Shown here in pieces: positions 42,010 through 55,816 of a stretch of DNA of 64,000 nucleotides (position 1 is its first letter; the number at the start of each line of letters is the position of its first letter). The position numbers were made by a program, and so were the translations under genes. The stretch spans positions 85,002,001 to 85,066,000 of the forward strand of contig OX597820.1 of the NCBI GenBank assembly GCA_951406725.2. The letters run 5' to 3'. The notes beneath the pieces were generated by a model, which made no database searches, had not been told where the DNA came from, and was given only the letters and a program-made list of their open reading frames with translations. Source of the DNA: Octopus vulgaris (lineage: Eukaryota).

Positions 42010-42440
42010 GAAAGACCAAATAAAAAACAGTCTACGTCAAAAGATGGCTCTGCACAGATCTCTGACCAAAATTTCCCGAAACAGAAAACTAGCATTCAGC
42101 CAACACATCGACTTTTGCGCGAATAACAAAAATCCAAGCTTCAGAATGTTTCCCCTCTGCCAATTCAGGGACGATAGAACCTGTAGTAACGAATTAGTAA
42201 AGAGACTCTCTTTATTACAAAATACAGACCATTTTTGAACGCATCTACAACAAACCACACATCCAATATGACCATGGAATAACACAAACACACAAGCTAA
42301 CATTAAAAAGGATACATTCAAGAGATACCCAAGAATTCATTAAAAATCAGTCCCAATCATTGATATAATCGATGACTAGCCAATTTTAGTTTCACTTGAC
42401 CATTTAACATCCTACTACTATCATGTCACTCCCGCATTCT
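42010..42440 (+). mobile_element. PLE GIY-YIG C-terminal half and 3' region (sense segment)
   Basis: SLRQKMALHRS...FSQHIDFCA...FRMFPLCQ continues the protein where the minus segment ends. Confidence 0.8.
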
Positions 42441-42496
42441 TCTTCTCCTCCTCCTCCTACTCCTTCTTCACGACCTCGAGCCTACAAGAGTAAACA

Positions 42497-42527
<31 letters not shown>

Positions 42528-42637
42528 TACAGGCAGGCAGAAACAAGGAAAATGCTCCTTGTAATTAAATACTATGCAAATATTCTTTTTAAAAAACTTT
42601 TCTTTTAAGTTTTCCAAAATTTAATTGTTTTCCATAT

Positions 42638-42679
42638 TTAAAGTTGAAAAAATCTCAATGACTGAAACATGTACTGAAA
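42638..42679 (+). ncRNA. Possible degenerate U3-A8 hammerhead
   Basis: AG-TTGAAAA-AATC tcaat GACT-GAAAC AT GT A-CT; weak stems in AT-rich context. Confidence 0.35.
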
Positions 42680-42727
42680 TGTTTTTTTATAAAATTATTT
42701 TGGTATTTCCTACCTTGACTTTTTTCC

Positions 42728-42811
<84 letters not shown>

Positions 42812-44285
42812 TTCTGACTATTCCTAAATTTTCAAATCTTTATGGATTGTAACCAAAAAAGAAATAATATACCATACGCGTTTATTTAACCTGCATATAT
42901 TATTTTAAAAAATTAATATAAGTAAAGTGAATAAAGTGAAATAAAATCTTTTTAAATTTTATATAAAAGATTGCATAAATTCCATATATCTAGTGAAATT
43001 ATTAAGCTCATCTTGGTTAGCTCCCTTCCATTACATTTTAAAATATTTTAAAGGCTCTTGATATATGTGCGAATTGATAAGTTGTTTTTTTGTTTTTTTT
43101 TTACTAGGAATATTCACTTGATTAGTTCTTCTTGATTCTCCTTAATTAATATTCAAAGCCTGATAATAAAATAGATAATACTATCTATGCTATTTAGCTT
43201 CTATTCTAAAATGGTCTGATTATTTATAATACAATTTCTAACCAATAGTTTTGATCAGTTACCAATCTCTCCCATGATAAATTATATTGATTCTAGTCTT
43301 ATAATTATTAAATTATATTATAATTATTAAATATTTTCTTATAATAGCTTACCTCTCATATTATAAATAAACTAGGGATATCCTATAATAGGTTTTTTAG
43401 AATACAAGCCTAGTCTACCCCTGATCTACTATAGTCTAAATTTATTTTTATTTTTCAATTTGCTGACTTAAATATTTTTCTCACTGTAATTTGGAACTAT
43501 TTTATCTTACACTTTTACCCACTATATCATCTTACCAAATAATACATTTCTATTAGACACGCACTTAACCTATATAGAACCAAACTGTTATAACTCTATT
43601 TTATAACTCTAATAAGTACATTCTAAAATTATAAACATGCAGGAAATAAATGATACGTATAGCATATTCCTTTAATTTAACTCATTAATGCAAATAAACT
43701 ACTATATACTACCTAACTATAAATATTTATTAATAATATTCTGATATATATATATTTATAAATATGAAATGATTTCTATACTCTCTATTCCTATATAAGG
43801 TACTAAAATATTATTACAATCCTTTAGAAAACTATCTAAAGCATATTTATTTCAAATCACAAGTAGGATTATGGCTGTTAAATGGTTAAGCTATTCGAAA
43901 TCTCTATTCTCCCTACCCCACTAACTTCAGCCTACTAACTTTAGCTGAAATACATTCAAATGTACCAGAGTAAAAATTCTTCATAAATGCGTTGGTTGTA
44001 TAATTCTGCCACTTAAACTGCCCCTTCCTCTATCTATAAATAGATAAATTATTGATTGTCTCCACTGAACTTAATAGAAAAAAAACCGTCACCAGTGGTA
44101 AATCTAAATATCAAAGGAAATTCAGTGAGAAGAAATCTACCCATGAGGAAGGATCTTATAATGCCATGCTTCTAATGATGAATTTCACCTCTCTGTCTAT
44201 ATACCTACCCTATTTGTAATGTTGGCAAATGGAATTAAGTAGAAAAATGAACATTGTCAATTTAATTTTATAAACAAATTTCATA

Positions 44286-44365
44286 TGTGGCTGATGAGTG
44301 CTCTACATTTTGAAACTGATGTAATACTTACATTGTTTGAAGTAGCATGAAACGATCGTACTACA
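44286..44365 (+). ncRNA. Type I hammerhead ribozyme, canonical core, extended stem II
   Basis: TGTGG-CTGATGA-GTGCT...AGCAT-GAAAC GATC GT A-CTACA; palindromic stem III ACGATCGT; predicted cut after 44360. Confidence 0.85.
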
Positions 44366-45358
44366 CTACCTTTGGATATCCTTGTTGCTTACTTTGAATA
44401 TATATATATATGTAAGTGAGATAATAGTTTTACTTTTAATAGTTTCAGTATTATTAATGAAATTATTATCCCACATTACAAGAGAGATATCATTGTTTTC
44501 CTTTTAGCACGTAATGCTGAAATAGTGTAAGAAATAAGAGAATGCTCCGGGCACGCATTAGACAAACAGTTCAGATTTCTTTGGCCCATGACATTACATG
44601 GACCCTTAGTAAGCCTTGTGTAAAATTTGAATGAAATATCCTTCCTGTAGGTCTCCAGTATTGATGCACACATACTGACAGACAGAGAGACAGACAGGCA
44701 CATATTCAATTTAATATATATAAATATATATGCAAATATTTATGTACCTAACCTTCCCACTCCCTCTATTCATATTTGTTCGTGCGTATGCATGTGTTTG
44801 TGAGTGTGTTTTTGTCTGCGTGAGTGACAAACTAAATCTGAGATAATTAGTTAACGTTGCTTCCAGCATGCAACAACTGTTTCTAAATGATGCAGTCAAT
44901 ATAAGAGTTTATCCTTTATTACCTTCCATCTAAGAACTGCACTAATAGAGAAAGTCTACATGGAGATGATAATTAAAACACTTTAGGATGTTTATCTAGT
45001 ATCCTAGATTCAGAGGTGGGAATGTTAGAGGACTGGTGTAAGAAAAATTACATTCAATGCAGAAGCAAAGTAAATAGAAAAATAATTCTAACGGCAAATG
45101 GAAAAAAGAAGAATCCAAATAAATACATATATAATTTGCAATGGTATTTCTAATATATTTTCGTTTTTTTTAATGTTTATTCGAACAGTATTTTCTTTCC
45201 TGCATGATTTACAGCTTTTTATTTGATATTATTTTTGTGCCTGTATATTTGTAAGTTTTATGTTTGTATATGTATGTATATATATGTGTGTGTGTGCGCG
45301 GATATATAAACATATATATATACACACATACAGAGATACATACACACACATATACATA

Positions 45359-45408
<50 letters not shown>

Positions 45409-45421
45409 CACACACATATAT

Positions 45422-45477
<56 letters not shown>

Positions 45478-45497
45478 GTATTTATATACACACACAA

Positions 45498-45579
<82 letters not shown>

Positions 45580-45918
45580 CATTTATATGCATTTGCGTGT
45601 CTTTCTGTGTGTTTCTGTGTAATTGTGGTGCAAAATTATCCTATTACATTCCTTTAGGATACTTTGACGTAATTGGTATTTACACTTTTCATTAATTTAT
45701 TTATATTCTTAATTTTGTTTTACTACATCTCTTCCATCATGTCTTTTTCTTTTCGTCTGCAAATTATTTCTCACAGTTTCATCATGTTTTTCTACTTCTT
45801 ACCGTTGGACTTCATTATTCCTGTTTTGCATTTCCATCCATGCATTTTGTTCACTCTACTTTTATTTTTTATACATTTTTTATTTTGTGTGTGTCTCACA
45901 TATTCATTTACGTGTAAT

Positions 45919-45952
<34 letters not shown>

Positions 45953-46059
45953 TGTGTGCGTGTGTGTATACACATACATACATAAGCATGCCTCTGCATA
46001 TATATGCATTCATATAATTCAAAATGTGTTATATATCACGTATGATTTGTATATGCCCC

Positions 46060-46250
46060 CAATCCTCTCCACAATCCGCCGTCTGTCAAAGTTTCCTTGG
46101 CACCGATGTGCATTTTCCTTGTCACTACATTATCAGCACCTCTGAAGTAACTATCAACGTCAGTCGTCGTATCGCAGGAAAACTAGGAAACCACATGAAG
46201 CTGAAGGATCATAGACTCCCCGAGAGACATTTTATTCGTGAACTGTCCAT
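46060..46250 (+). mobile_element. RTE-clade LINE C-terminal scrap
   Basis: GNHMKLKDHRLPERHFIRELS resembles the GH..RM.D.RLPK....EL motif. Confidence 0.5.
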
Positions 46251-47918
46251 TTTTCCTTATGGTGGCCTTTACGATGTCTGTCAAGTACCTGCTGTGTTTA
46301 TTATGGGATTATTGGAGCAACAAAGATGACCTTCATTCTATTGTCGAGCGAGAAGATTTCTTTCTGCTCGAAAAGTTGCAGTTCCATCGCTAGATTCCTC
46401 CAGTTCTTTTACAACTCTGAAAACAAAGAACACAACCACAATGTAGATGCTGGTGTACACCAGGGTTTTGAAGTTACCCAAAGCATGAGGCATCGTGATT
46501 ACCTTACAAAGGGATTCTCTTTCTACAATGTTGTAGTAATGGTATAAATGTAAGGAATTCGAGATTGATATCATGTTATATTCTGTAGAGCATTTCCATG
46601 GGCAGGAATATATACAAGAAAGAAGCAACTATGAGCATAAGCATATATCAGGCAGCGTTAGCCATTTGTTTTGTTTTGAGTATTAGTGAAGGACGCGGCA
46701 GCGAGCTTTTAAAATCTTCACCGCATCGGTAATACGATTTGAGATAATTCTTCTTAAAATCATGTGTTCGAATTCTAACGACATCAGTTTTCCTTTTCAT
46801 ACATAGGAGAAGTATTGTAGCCTTCAACCAGTGCTGCTGAAAGCATGGACAAAACATCTCACTTCACCTCATATTTGATGGCTTTGTGCCTAATTACAAA
46901 ACGCTATCACTGAAGCATTAACCGTATATACAATTTAATGTTCCACTTACTTAGGATTTAATTTCAAATTTGATGTTTATAGGAATATATGGAATTTAGG
47001 CTTTCTGAATGTGATAATTAATGATTGCATATTTTATGAGAATACAGTCTTTCATTGCTTATCTCATTTTTGTTTCTACATTAGCAGTTATTTTTAATAA
47101 AGTTGCTGATAATATTTGTGCGTTCACACTATAAAACTGCTGTGATCATGCAATAGCCATGTCTCCTAAAAAGTGGCATGTGATTGAAAGCCACTACATT
47201 TGTCTCCCTATACATCATTGCAGATATCTGTAGTAATTTAACATAGAGAAAAATCATAATTTAACACGCAACCCATTGATCTACATAAAACGCTACATGT
47301 TTTTGTATATAAGTATACATTTTGCGAGTAAAACTTTAGCTTTTGAAATTATTGGCTGTGTGCCAAAATATAAGATTTAATTTCTCTATCATTCAACATG
47401 AACCGTAGTGCTTCTGTCTACATTTATCTCTAAATGCATAATAAAATAGTTTGAAGCATTTAGAATTATCCAGCAGCATTTCTACTCAGTATAACAGTGT
47501 TTCTACTTAGTTCTTCTGTTTGTTTTTGTATTTGTAAGTTCTGCTTTATTAATGCTTAACCAATCTTACATCGATAATGAAATGGAATGTTTCACACTGG
47601 TCACGATGGAAAAGGAAATTGACCAACACAGTAAGAGTGAGTGATACAAATATCTATACTCAATGCAGGCACACTCTAATGAGAGGTTTTTCTCAGATAT
47701 TGTACAGATTTTTATCGGAAAAAAGACTTATAATAAGAATTTCGCACACACGTATATATAAATACATATGAAATTACATATTACAGTTTTCCTGCGTCTT
47801 CCATTCTTACCTGGCCTCAACTGACCCTCATTTATTTTTCTAAGAGAAAATAAATTCATACACACAGGCATGCACATATAAAGGCGCGCATGGACATATG
47901 TATGCACTTGATTGGATG

Positions 47919-47968
<50 letters not shown>

Positions 47969-48040
47969 TGTGTGTGTGTGTGTGTGTGTTTGTGTGTAAT
48001 TATCTATCACTCTCTCTCTCTCTCTCTCTCTGATACACAC

Positions 48041-48076
<36 letters not shown>

Positions 48077-48099
48077 CAACACAGATATTGTGTCGTATA

Positions 48100-48740
48100 A
48101 CTAGCCAGAAACGCTGTTTCTCTGGGCTAAAACAACAGTCTCATAACCTGACCCTTAAATTTACTACAACACATAACTATACCTCTTGAAAAAATAGAGA
48201 ACGACACAGAAAATACCTCCGGGCATAATAATTATCATTTTACACAAATACTCAGCACCACCCCCAACTCCTTAATAAATACTAATCTTAACGCCAGCAA
48301 TAATAACGAACCCAACGCCGGTTCCTCACTAAATAGAAATCCCCTCACAAGCTCATCCCCAACACCCCCTACAAATTTATGCAGATGTAGACGCCGAAAC
48401 TCTTCTCCTTTAAATAACCGCTGTGTTACAAAAAAGCTTCGTTTATCAGTCTAGAGTATCAACTGCCAAGTGAAGCTACATATATATATCGTCTCTTGTA
48501 ACACTACCTTCAAAGCTAGAGTGTGGATCCACGTCTCCAGTTTCAAATCCCAAAGAAAATCCAACAATACTTTGTTATCTCAACTTATCAATAAACTAAA
48601 GTTTGATTCAACTCCTTACACGCCCAAATGGTCCATAGTTACCCACGCCAAAACATACAATAGCTATAATAACAAATATTAAAAACTACATAGCCGAGGT
48701 CTTGGCTATTTTGCAATCCATGGAGTGTCTCAATGAGCGC
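48100..48740 (+). mobile_element. PLE GIY-YIG relic followed by 3' repeat region (to ~49720)
   Basis: CRCRRRNSSPLNNRC..VYQ..YIYIVSCNTTFKAR..H.SSF...LSQLINKLK..YTPKWSIV. Confidence 0.8.
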
Positions 48741-49756
48741 AACAATATAATTTTTACCTGCAATCATCGGTCACTAAATCTATTCTCAAAATACAAATAA
48801 CAACAACCTCACCCCGCTTTTCCCACTAACCTTGATATATTTTGCCTCTTATCTGCCCTAAATACTACTATATGTCAAACAAACAATGTATCTTCCTTTT
48901 AATTCCTTATTGTCTTTTACATACTTGTCTCTCTATTTTTCCTTACCTACTAAAAAAAAGTTGTTTGGTTTAAGTTCTCCTATTTTCCCACTCCTACATC
49001 TCCCCTCGAAATTTTACAAGTACATACGCCAACATACTAATTCATACTGTACAAACACTCACGGCACACAATGTAACTGCCGCCGCCATTCTTACCTATC
49101 ATTTCTTGCTTTCTTCCTGCATATATATTTTTTTCTCCTCCTTAACCAAAAACTTTTTTACGCTCTTTTCCGTTCACATTATCTTTTTCTAATGCCACTT
49201 CCCTTGCTAATTTCTGTTTTTCGGCCAGAACATCCTTATTCAGTAGCACCGGTCATTAAATTCTTCATTATATCTTGCTTTCTTCATGCACACTCTTTTT
49301 CTAATCCTTAGTCAAAAATATCTCCCCACCATCTTCCGTCCATAGTATCTTCGTTTCAAATACCACTCCCCTTGCTAATTTCTGTGATTCAGCCAAAACA
49401 GCCCTATGGAATACTACCTGTCAAATGGCCTTATTTAAATTCCTCACTTCTCTCAATCCCTTATATATCCTCTTTATCTTTCTTTTATTGCTTAATTTTT
49501 CTCTACACTCATATTCACCTCCCCTACTGTGCTTTCTGCTCATTCTGACTGAATCTTCAATGCGTTAACAGGGACTTCGTTGCAGCAATGTAAACTTTCA
49601 TTTAATCAAGATATCCTCGACTTGAAGAGTAGCCTACAGTGTACACCTTTCCTGGATATTTACCACATCTGAGATGCCGCTCGCCATGAAACATTTGTCT
49701 CTCTGGTCTTATCTTCTCAATTAACATGTATATAAATATATATATATATATAAAGA

Positions 49757-49789
<33 letters not shown>

Positions 49790-49792
<3 letters not shown>

Positions 49793-49890
49793 AACGACGG
49801 GATTCTTTCAGTCTCCGTCTACCAAATGCACTCACAAAGACACGTGCCATCGTTGGGGCTGAACTTGGAACCATATGGTTGGGAAGCAAG
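49790..49890 (-). mobile_element. SINE family A fragment
   Basis: tctttcagtctccgtctaccaaat..actcacaa...ggaaccatatggttgggaagcaagctt. Confidence 0.75.
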
Positions 49891-50114
49891 CTTAATTATT
49901 TTATGAAATTGGCCGTGAAAGCCGTACATAGAGGGAACAGCACAGGGTAAGGACAAAAATAAAACAAAATGAATGGAAAGGATGAATTGATATAATGAAA
50001 GATGAAATGAAGCCGTTTGGCGCTACCCGCGAGCGACTTCATTAAACCTGTTAATACAACTTTTAAAAAAAACTAGTTTACAATGCTTTTTTAACGACAG
50101 CTAATTACTATCTT

Positions 50115-50213
50115 ATGTATGTATGTACGTACGTACGTATGTATGTATGTATGTATGTATGTATGTATGTATGTATGTATGTATGTATGTATGTATGTAT
50201 GTATGTATGTATG

Positions 50214-50247
<34 letters not shown>

Positions 50248-50252
50248 TGTAT
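50115..50252. repeat. (TATG)n microsatellite
   Basis: direct inspection. Confidence 0.95.
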
Positions 50253-51852
50253 GAATGTATATCACTGTCTCTTTACTTCTTCTGGAAGTACCTCTTATGT
50301 ACCGCTTCTCTACTGAAGAGTTTCTATCCTCTTTTATGCATTCACTAATCGATCTGCATGCTATTATTCTATAGTTTACTATCTGAAGGATCTAGCAACT
50401 AATATCATATTTTACTTCAGACACTCTTTAATCCCTCAATGGATTAACGATATTTCTTATTTCTCTCACACTCACTCTCTCTCCCCTCTCTCTCCCCTTC
50501 TCCTCCTCTCCACCCTTTCTCCCCTTCCCCTTTCTCCCCTTCCCCTCTCTCCCCTTCTTTCCCTCATCACCCTTCCCCTCTCTCTCTCTCCGATGTCGGA
50601 ATTCTTTGCTAAAGTGGAAATCTATATTTAATAATATAATTTCCAAATGCTTAGTTCTTCTAGAAACACATGTAAAAGACTTTACGAATTTGCTATAACT
50701 ATTTCATAATACTTTTAACTTATAAATGTAATGCTCTAAAGACATACTTATGCTTTGCTTGTTCATTCTCAGTTTTTAATATCTATTTACTCAGTCAAGA
50801 ACGAACCACTGCTAGCGATGCACTTCAAAGCAGAATATTATTGGTAAACCGAATTGAATAGTTATAGTGTGTGCCTATTAATTTACTTCCTCGGAAGTAA
50901 AGAATATGTTTGCGTATGTGCGTGCGTGCGCGTGTGTCTGTCTGTTTCTGCGTGCGTATATGTATGTGTGCATGTATGTGTGTGTCTGTGTGTGTATGTG
51001 TGTCTGTGTATGTACATACATGTGAATATTTGAGTATACATACATACACGTACAATCGACCTTAGTAATACGTGATAGGTAACTTATTTTATCGATTGAG
51101 ACAAAAAAATATTGAAGTGTTGGTCACGCCGGACTTAGAACTGAAGATAATAATTCGTTCCCATATTTAACTCTCATATCGATAACAATGATGATTACTT
51201 ACAGACAAAATAATACAGATTTGGTGAGGAAGAACTGACAATTAAATCTGCCTTATTATATTAATTTATTAGCGACTAAGGAACTATGAAAAAACAAGTG
51301 ATTCCTCTGGAATCGCAAAATTTGAAAATCTAAAGATGTTTACCATTGATAAGCTGTAAAACATTTTCTCCAGCGCTCCGCCAAATTTATTAATTGACTG
51401 CTCTTGATGTTAATAAAATCGGCCATCAATAATTTAATAACCTTACATAAAATACTATTCCAAAATGAAAACAAAGAAGTGCATTAAATCATTGCACATA
51501 CTCCAAGAACAGAAATATATGCTCGATTGTGCAATGAAATCATGCTTTAAAATCAGATTACTCAAATAATTATAGTAATATAAGAATAATTAATAAAAAA
51601 AACGATAGTAATATTAATACTGATAATAATAATAATATGGGAATTTTTTTTTTTTAATCATTTTCAGCAAAAACATAAAATATAGTTTAAGAAGTCTGCA
51701 TCTTGATATATTGGGCTAATACCTAAAATTCAGTTGAATACTAAATCAAAGTAATAATAATGAATAATGCTCATGTAATAATTTATAGTTATAAGATTTT
51801 TTCACGTGTAAGATAACCGAATTACTATGGGGAAAACAAAAGAAAAATAATC

Positions 51853-52067
51853 TTTTCTACACTAGGTAAAAGGCCCGAAATTATGGGGGAGCGGGGCCAG
51901 TCGATCGGATCAACTGTAGTATGCAAATGATACTTAATTTATCGACCCCAAAAGGATGAAAGGCAAAGTCGACCTCGGCGGAATTTGAAATCAGAACGTA
52001 AAGACAGACAAAATACCGCTAAACATTTCGCCCGGCGTGCTTAACGTTTCTGCCACCTCGCCGCCTT
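51853..52067 (-). mobile_element. SINE family B, well preserved
   Basis: ttatcgaccccaaaaggatgaaaggcaaagtcgacctcggcggaatttgaa...aacgtttctgccacctcgccgcc; possible aaaaataat TSD. Confidence 0.9.
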
Positions 52068-53469
52068 CAAGGGAAAAAATAATAGCATTTATACCACACT
52101 GACTCGAAAACATATTTAACATGGATAAATGGAAGTATGGTATTTGTTCAAGTTGAAAGATATTATCTACGATTGTGTGATGGGGCATAGTCGTCGCATA
52201 CATGGTAGCATGTAGCATGCTTTGACCAACGATTTTATATGTCCATATATATTCGTGGACTTGCTCAAATAAATAAACGTATAAAACCCTCTCAACCTTC
52301 CTAAACTTGAGGCAGAACATCCCATACAAGGGATGTAGCATAGGATGCACAGCCAAAGTAATTCATAATATTTTTATCGATCTCTAAACAATTAAATACA
52401 AATTAGACATAGACGGAATTTTAATATGCAGTGGGACAAAACATCACTATATATTCCGTGCAGCTTTCAATCAACTGGGCCAACGAACCACAAATTATCT
52501 ATGATAATTTCACAAAAACTTGAAGCAGACCCTAAGCTTTGTGTGTATGTGTGTGTATGTATGTGACTGTGTGAATGTGTTTGCATATGTATTATCTCGA
52601 AGCGTGTGTACATTGTGCATTCTGGTCGTGAATACTTTTGTCATGAAAGTGTATGCCTCTGTGATCATTTATCATGAACGTGCGATTCACGTAGCCTTTT
52701 CTTCCTACTCTTTTTTGATTAGATTCAATTTCTTACGGAGTCTCTTAGGAAAATTTTTCTTCTATTGTGAAAATGATGCATTGTCATTTACGTCAACGAG
52801 GAAATATTGAATTCTCTTCTGCGAGCAGGAAATCTGTATTTTTGTTTTAATTTTGTTTAAAACATTGGTGCCTTGTTCAACTGGTTTTTGACAGATGCCA
52901 ACGATGGAAACTCTCTTTGTGGTCGTGATTTAAGCTATAATCTGTAGTCAGTTGATTCTCACTCTAATCTCGTATTCCTAATTAAGAAATTGAAATTAAT
53001 TTCGTCGACAATATGATCCTACATATTGATAAGCCTAAAAGGAATACTGGCTGTTCGTGGCTGGAACATCTTTAACATTATCCATGCAAATCCGAGATTT
53101 ATTGGGTGTTGATCAGCAACTACTTAAGTAATCTGTTTGTTTAATCTATCACAGTGTATTTTTGTAATATAAGTGGATGTCATATGCATATGAATTTCTT
53201 TTCAGTGTTATTGCTATGAAATATAGTTAGGTTATATAGGCTCATGTAGGTATTTATACTGAGTACTGATTTTTGCATTCTAGCAATGCTGCTGCACACA
53301 TTGTAGAAGAGATCTAGCAGCGTAAGCAATCAACTGGTAGGGAATAATTCACGCATTAATATGCGTCAATCATTAGTTATAGATGATTTTTACTACACTT
53401 TTTTATTCTATAATTATAATGGCTCTTGCCCTGTCCTTTGTCAATTACCTAGCTATATAACATCTCCAT

Positions 53470-53800
53470 GTCGGAAACAGGCACAACCTTAACGGCAATA
53501 AATCGAAGCGTCGGCAGCAGGGCGTGGATTTAGTTATCCGCAGGACCTAGCAGATCAGATTCCTGGCTTTGAACTAGCAGGATAGCATACAGAGGATCTT
53601 GAATACAAGACAATGTATGAGACCCTAATATTCTTAGTTCGATGGGAACTGCGGGACCACATACAGCAGAAATCTGTGACTCCCATAGTATGCGCAACCG
53701 AAACCCCTATATGGGGCGTACTATGGGACGACCTAGATGAGATGATGAGATTACTCCATCAAATATTGAAAATTTTAATAAATGATCCATCATTAGCTTT
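53470..53800 (+). mobile_element. RTE-clade LINE 3' scrap
   Basis: LALN*QDSI, RWELRDHI and GRTMGRPR*D motifs. Confidence 0.55.
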
Positions 53801-54729
53801 TGTTCGAGACTACATCTATACTATAATGGAGAAAGCTGCTTATTAATTTGGTATGTAACAATTACTAAAAGTGCTAAAAGAAAGCAGTTATTTAAGGGTT
53901 GACCGTGTGGAAATATTTTTATAAATTCATGTTCTTAGAAATTTTCCAAGTTTATTGAAATTTTTAACTCCAATTTCACACAAATTTAAATATTCATTGC
54001 ATTCAGTGCGGAGTATTCCATTTTCCAATGCAAGTTTCTCACTTTCTCTTTTAAGTTTTAATTTACTATTTGGAAAACAGATAGTCTATTCTATTAATGT
54101 TTACGTAATGTAAAAACATTATTTATTGAATGAAAAGTTTTTAAAATAAACGTATATTTTTTTTAATCGGGATAGCTATGACAAGAGCCTAGAAAGTTGG
54201 GTAATTACAATTAGAAGACGAGGAGAAAAAAGTTATCGACGAGTACTCGAAACTTGCATCTTATTCACAGTTTCCAAACGCTTTGTAACTCTAAGCCAAT
54301 ATTTATACAAACAAGTTGTATGAGTGACTTCAACAGTGACACACACACATACCTATACACACTTGCGCACACGCGTAGATACATATACGCACAAATAATA
54401 GGCAATGAATAAAGAATCAACAAATAATAGGCAATGAATGTGTGCGTGTTTTTGTGTGTGTATACTGTTCACTGACAAAATTTCGTGCTGCATTACTTTT
54501 GTGAAGTTATGTCAGTGAACATGTCGCGGTTTCAAAGTGACGAACATATTTTGACACAAAAGAAACTTTTAATGTTGAATTGAGCTAACGGTTTTTATGT
54601 GTTCTTGAATGGCTTGCACACGATCTCAGATCAATTCATTTGCTATGCAAGTACATCTCCGTTTTTGTTTTTTTTAACTCACTGTGGATAAATGCCAGCA
54701 ATGACTTCAGGCACTCCAATAATTTAATT

Positions 54730-55447
54730 TCTTAACAGAGTCCATTGGGAGCAGAGAGTAGGGTTTCAAAACTTTCACAATTTCTCAAATTTTCTTTTTT
54801 ATAGGATATAAATGTATTAATGGGGAAAAGTTTGAAAAATATCAAACCATGCTGGAATGATAAAGAAACGATGTGGGTTATCTTTGGATGTGTTAGAAAC
54901 AATTACCAAATCGCCCTTAAATCACTCATATTTCCCTCTAAAATATCACATTTTTAATACTTTTTTTACCGAAAATGTTCTTCCCGTGGTTTTGAAGTTC
55001 AAAAAAAATAGGTCCGGAATGGGATGATGCGGGAGGTGGTGTAAAAAACAGTTTTCAAAACTTATTTTATACAAAGACACCGCTAACCCCGTCATTTGGA
55101 AGGTTGTGGTTTAAAAAAGTGCGGAAAAATCCCCTAAACAATTTCCCCACAAATTCCTTTATAATCGCATTATATGCTGTTTGAAAGAGATTTGTATAAA
55201 TTTTTATAAAAAGATACTTATCTTCCTAAAAGTTATGAGGATTAAAATTCAGAGCGTGTGAATTTCTGAAACTCCTCTTTCCACCACCTTTGAAAAGCTC
55301 TTTCCCATAAGTCCCTATATATTCTAAAACTACATCATCTAAGCTCTTATTTTGGAAAACTTTGTCGAAATGTGTCCTTTTGTCTGGATGATATGTCGCA
55401 ACAAATTCGGAGGCCTATACATCTGTATAGCATTTTATTTATATGAT
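54730..55447. mobile_element. Probable non-autonomous DNA or rolling-circle element
   Basis: homopolymer-run-rich block ending cattttattatatga (reverse complement TCATATAATAAAATG, like a Helitron 5' end); other end not defined. Confidence 0.3.
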
Positions 55448-55776
55448 ATTTGCATTTCATGTTTATTTCATTCATTGTGTACTATGCTCTCTCTCCCCTT
55501 CGTTCGCTAACACACACACACTGCAAAGCTTATAGATAAGCTGCTGAACTGAAATCTCTATGTTGCTTTGAGGAGAATGTAAAACTTTACAAACTGCTTC
55601 TCCCTCTGTTGTTGGACTTCGGTGATATTTGTTTAAAAAAGAGAGATTATGATCGTGATAAAATAATGAATGCAATATTTACTACGCAAGTGAGTACTAT
55701 TATACAAAGAAATAATTAGACGTAAAGTATTAAAATTATTAGAATTAGGAATCAAATACGAACATTTTATCAAGGG

Positions 55777-55816
55777 GCTAGCAGAAAACCGCCCGGAGAT
55801 CGGTCTTTCTGCTAGC
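55777..55816. repeat. 40-bp hairpin
   Basis: gctagcagaaa-accg-cccggagat-cggt-c-tttctgctagc. Confidence 0.75.

Noticed and set aside
53681-53728. 13-bp stem hairpin tcccatagtatgc/gcgtactatggga
   Set aside because: Lies within RTE coding relic (GRTMGRPR); no ribozyme or miRNA hallmarks
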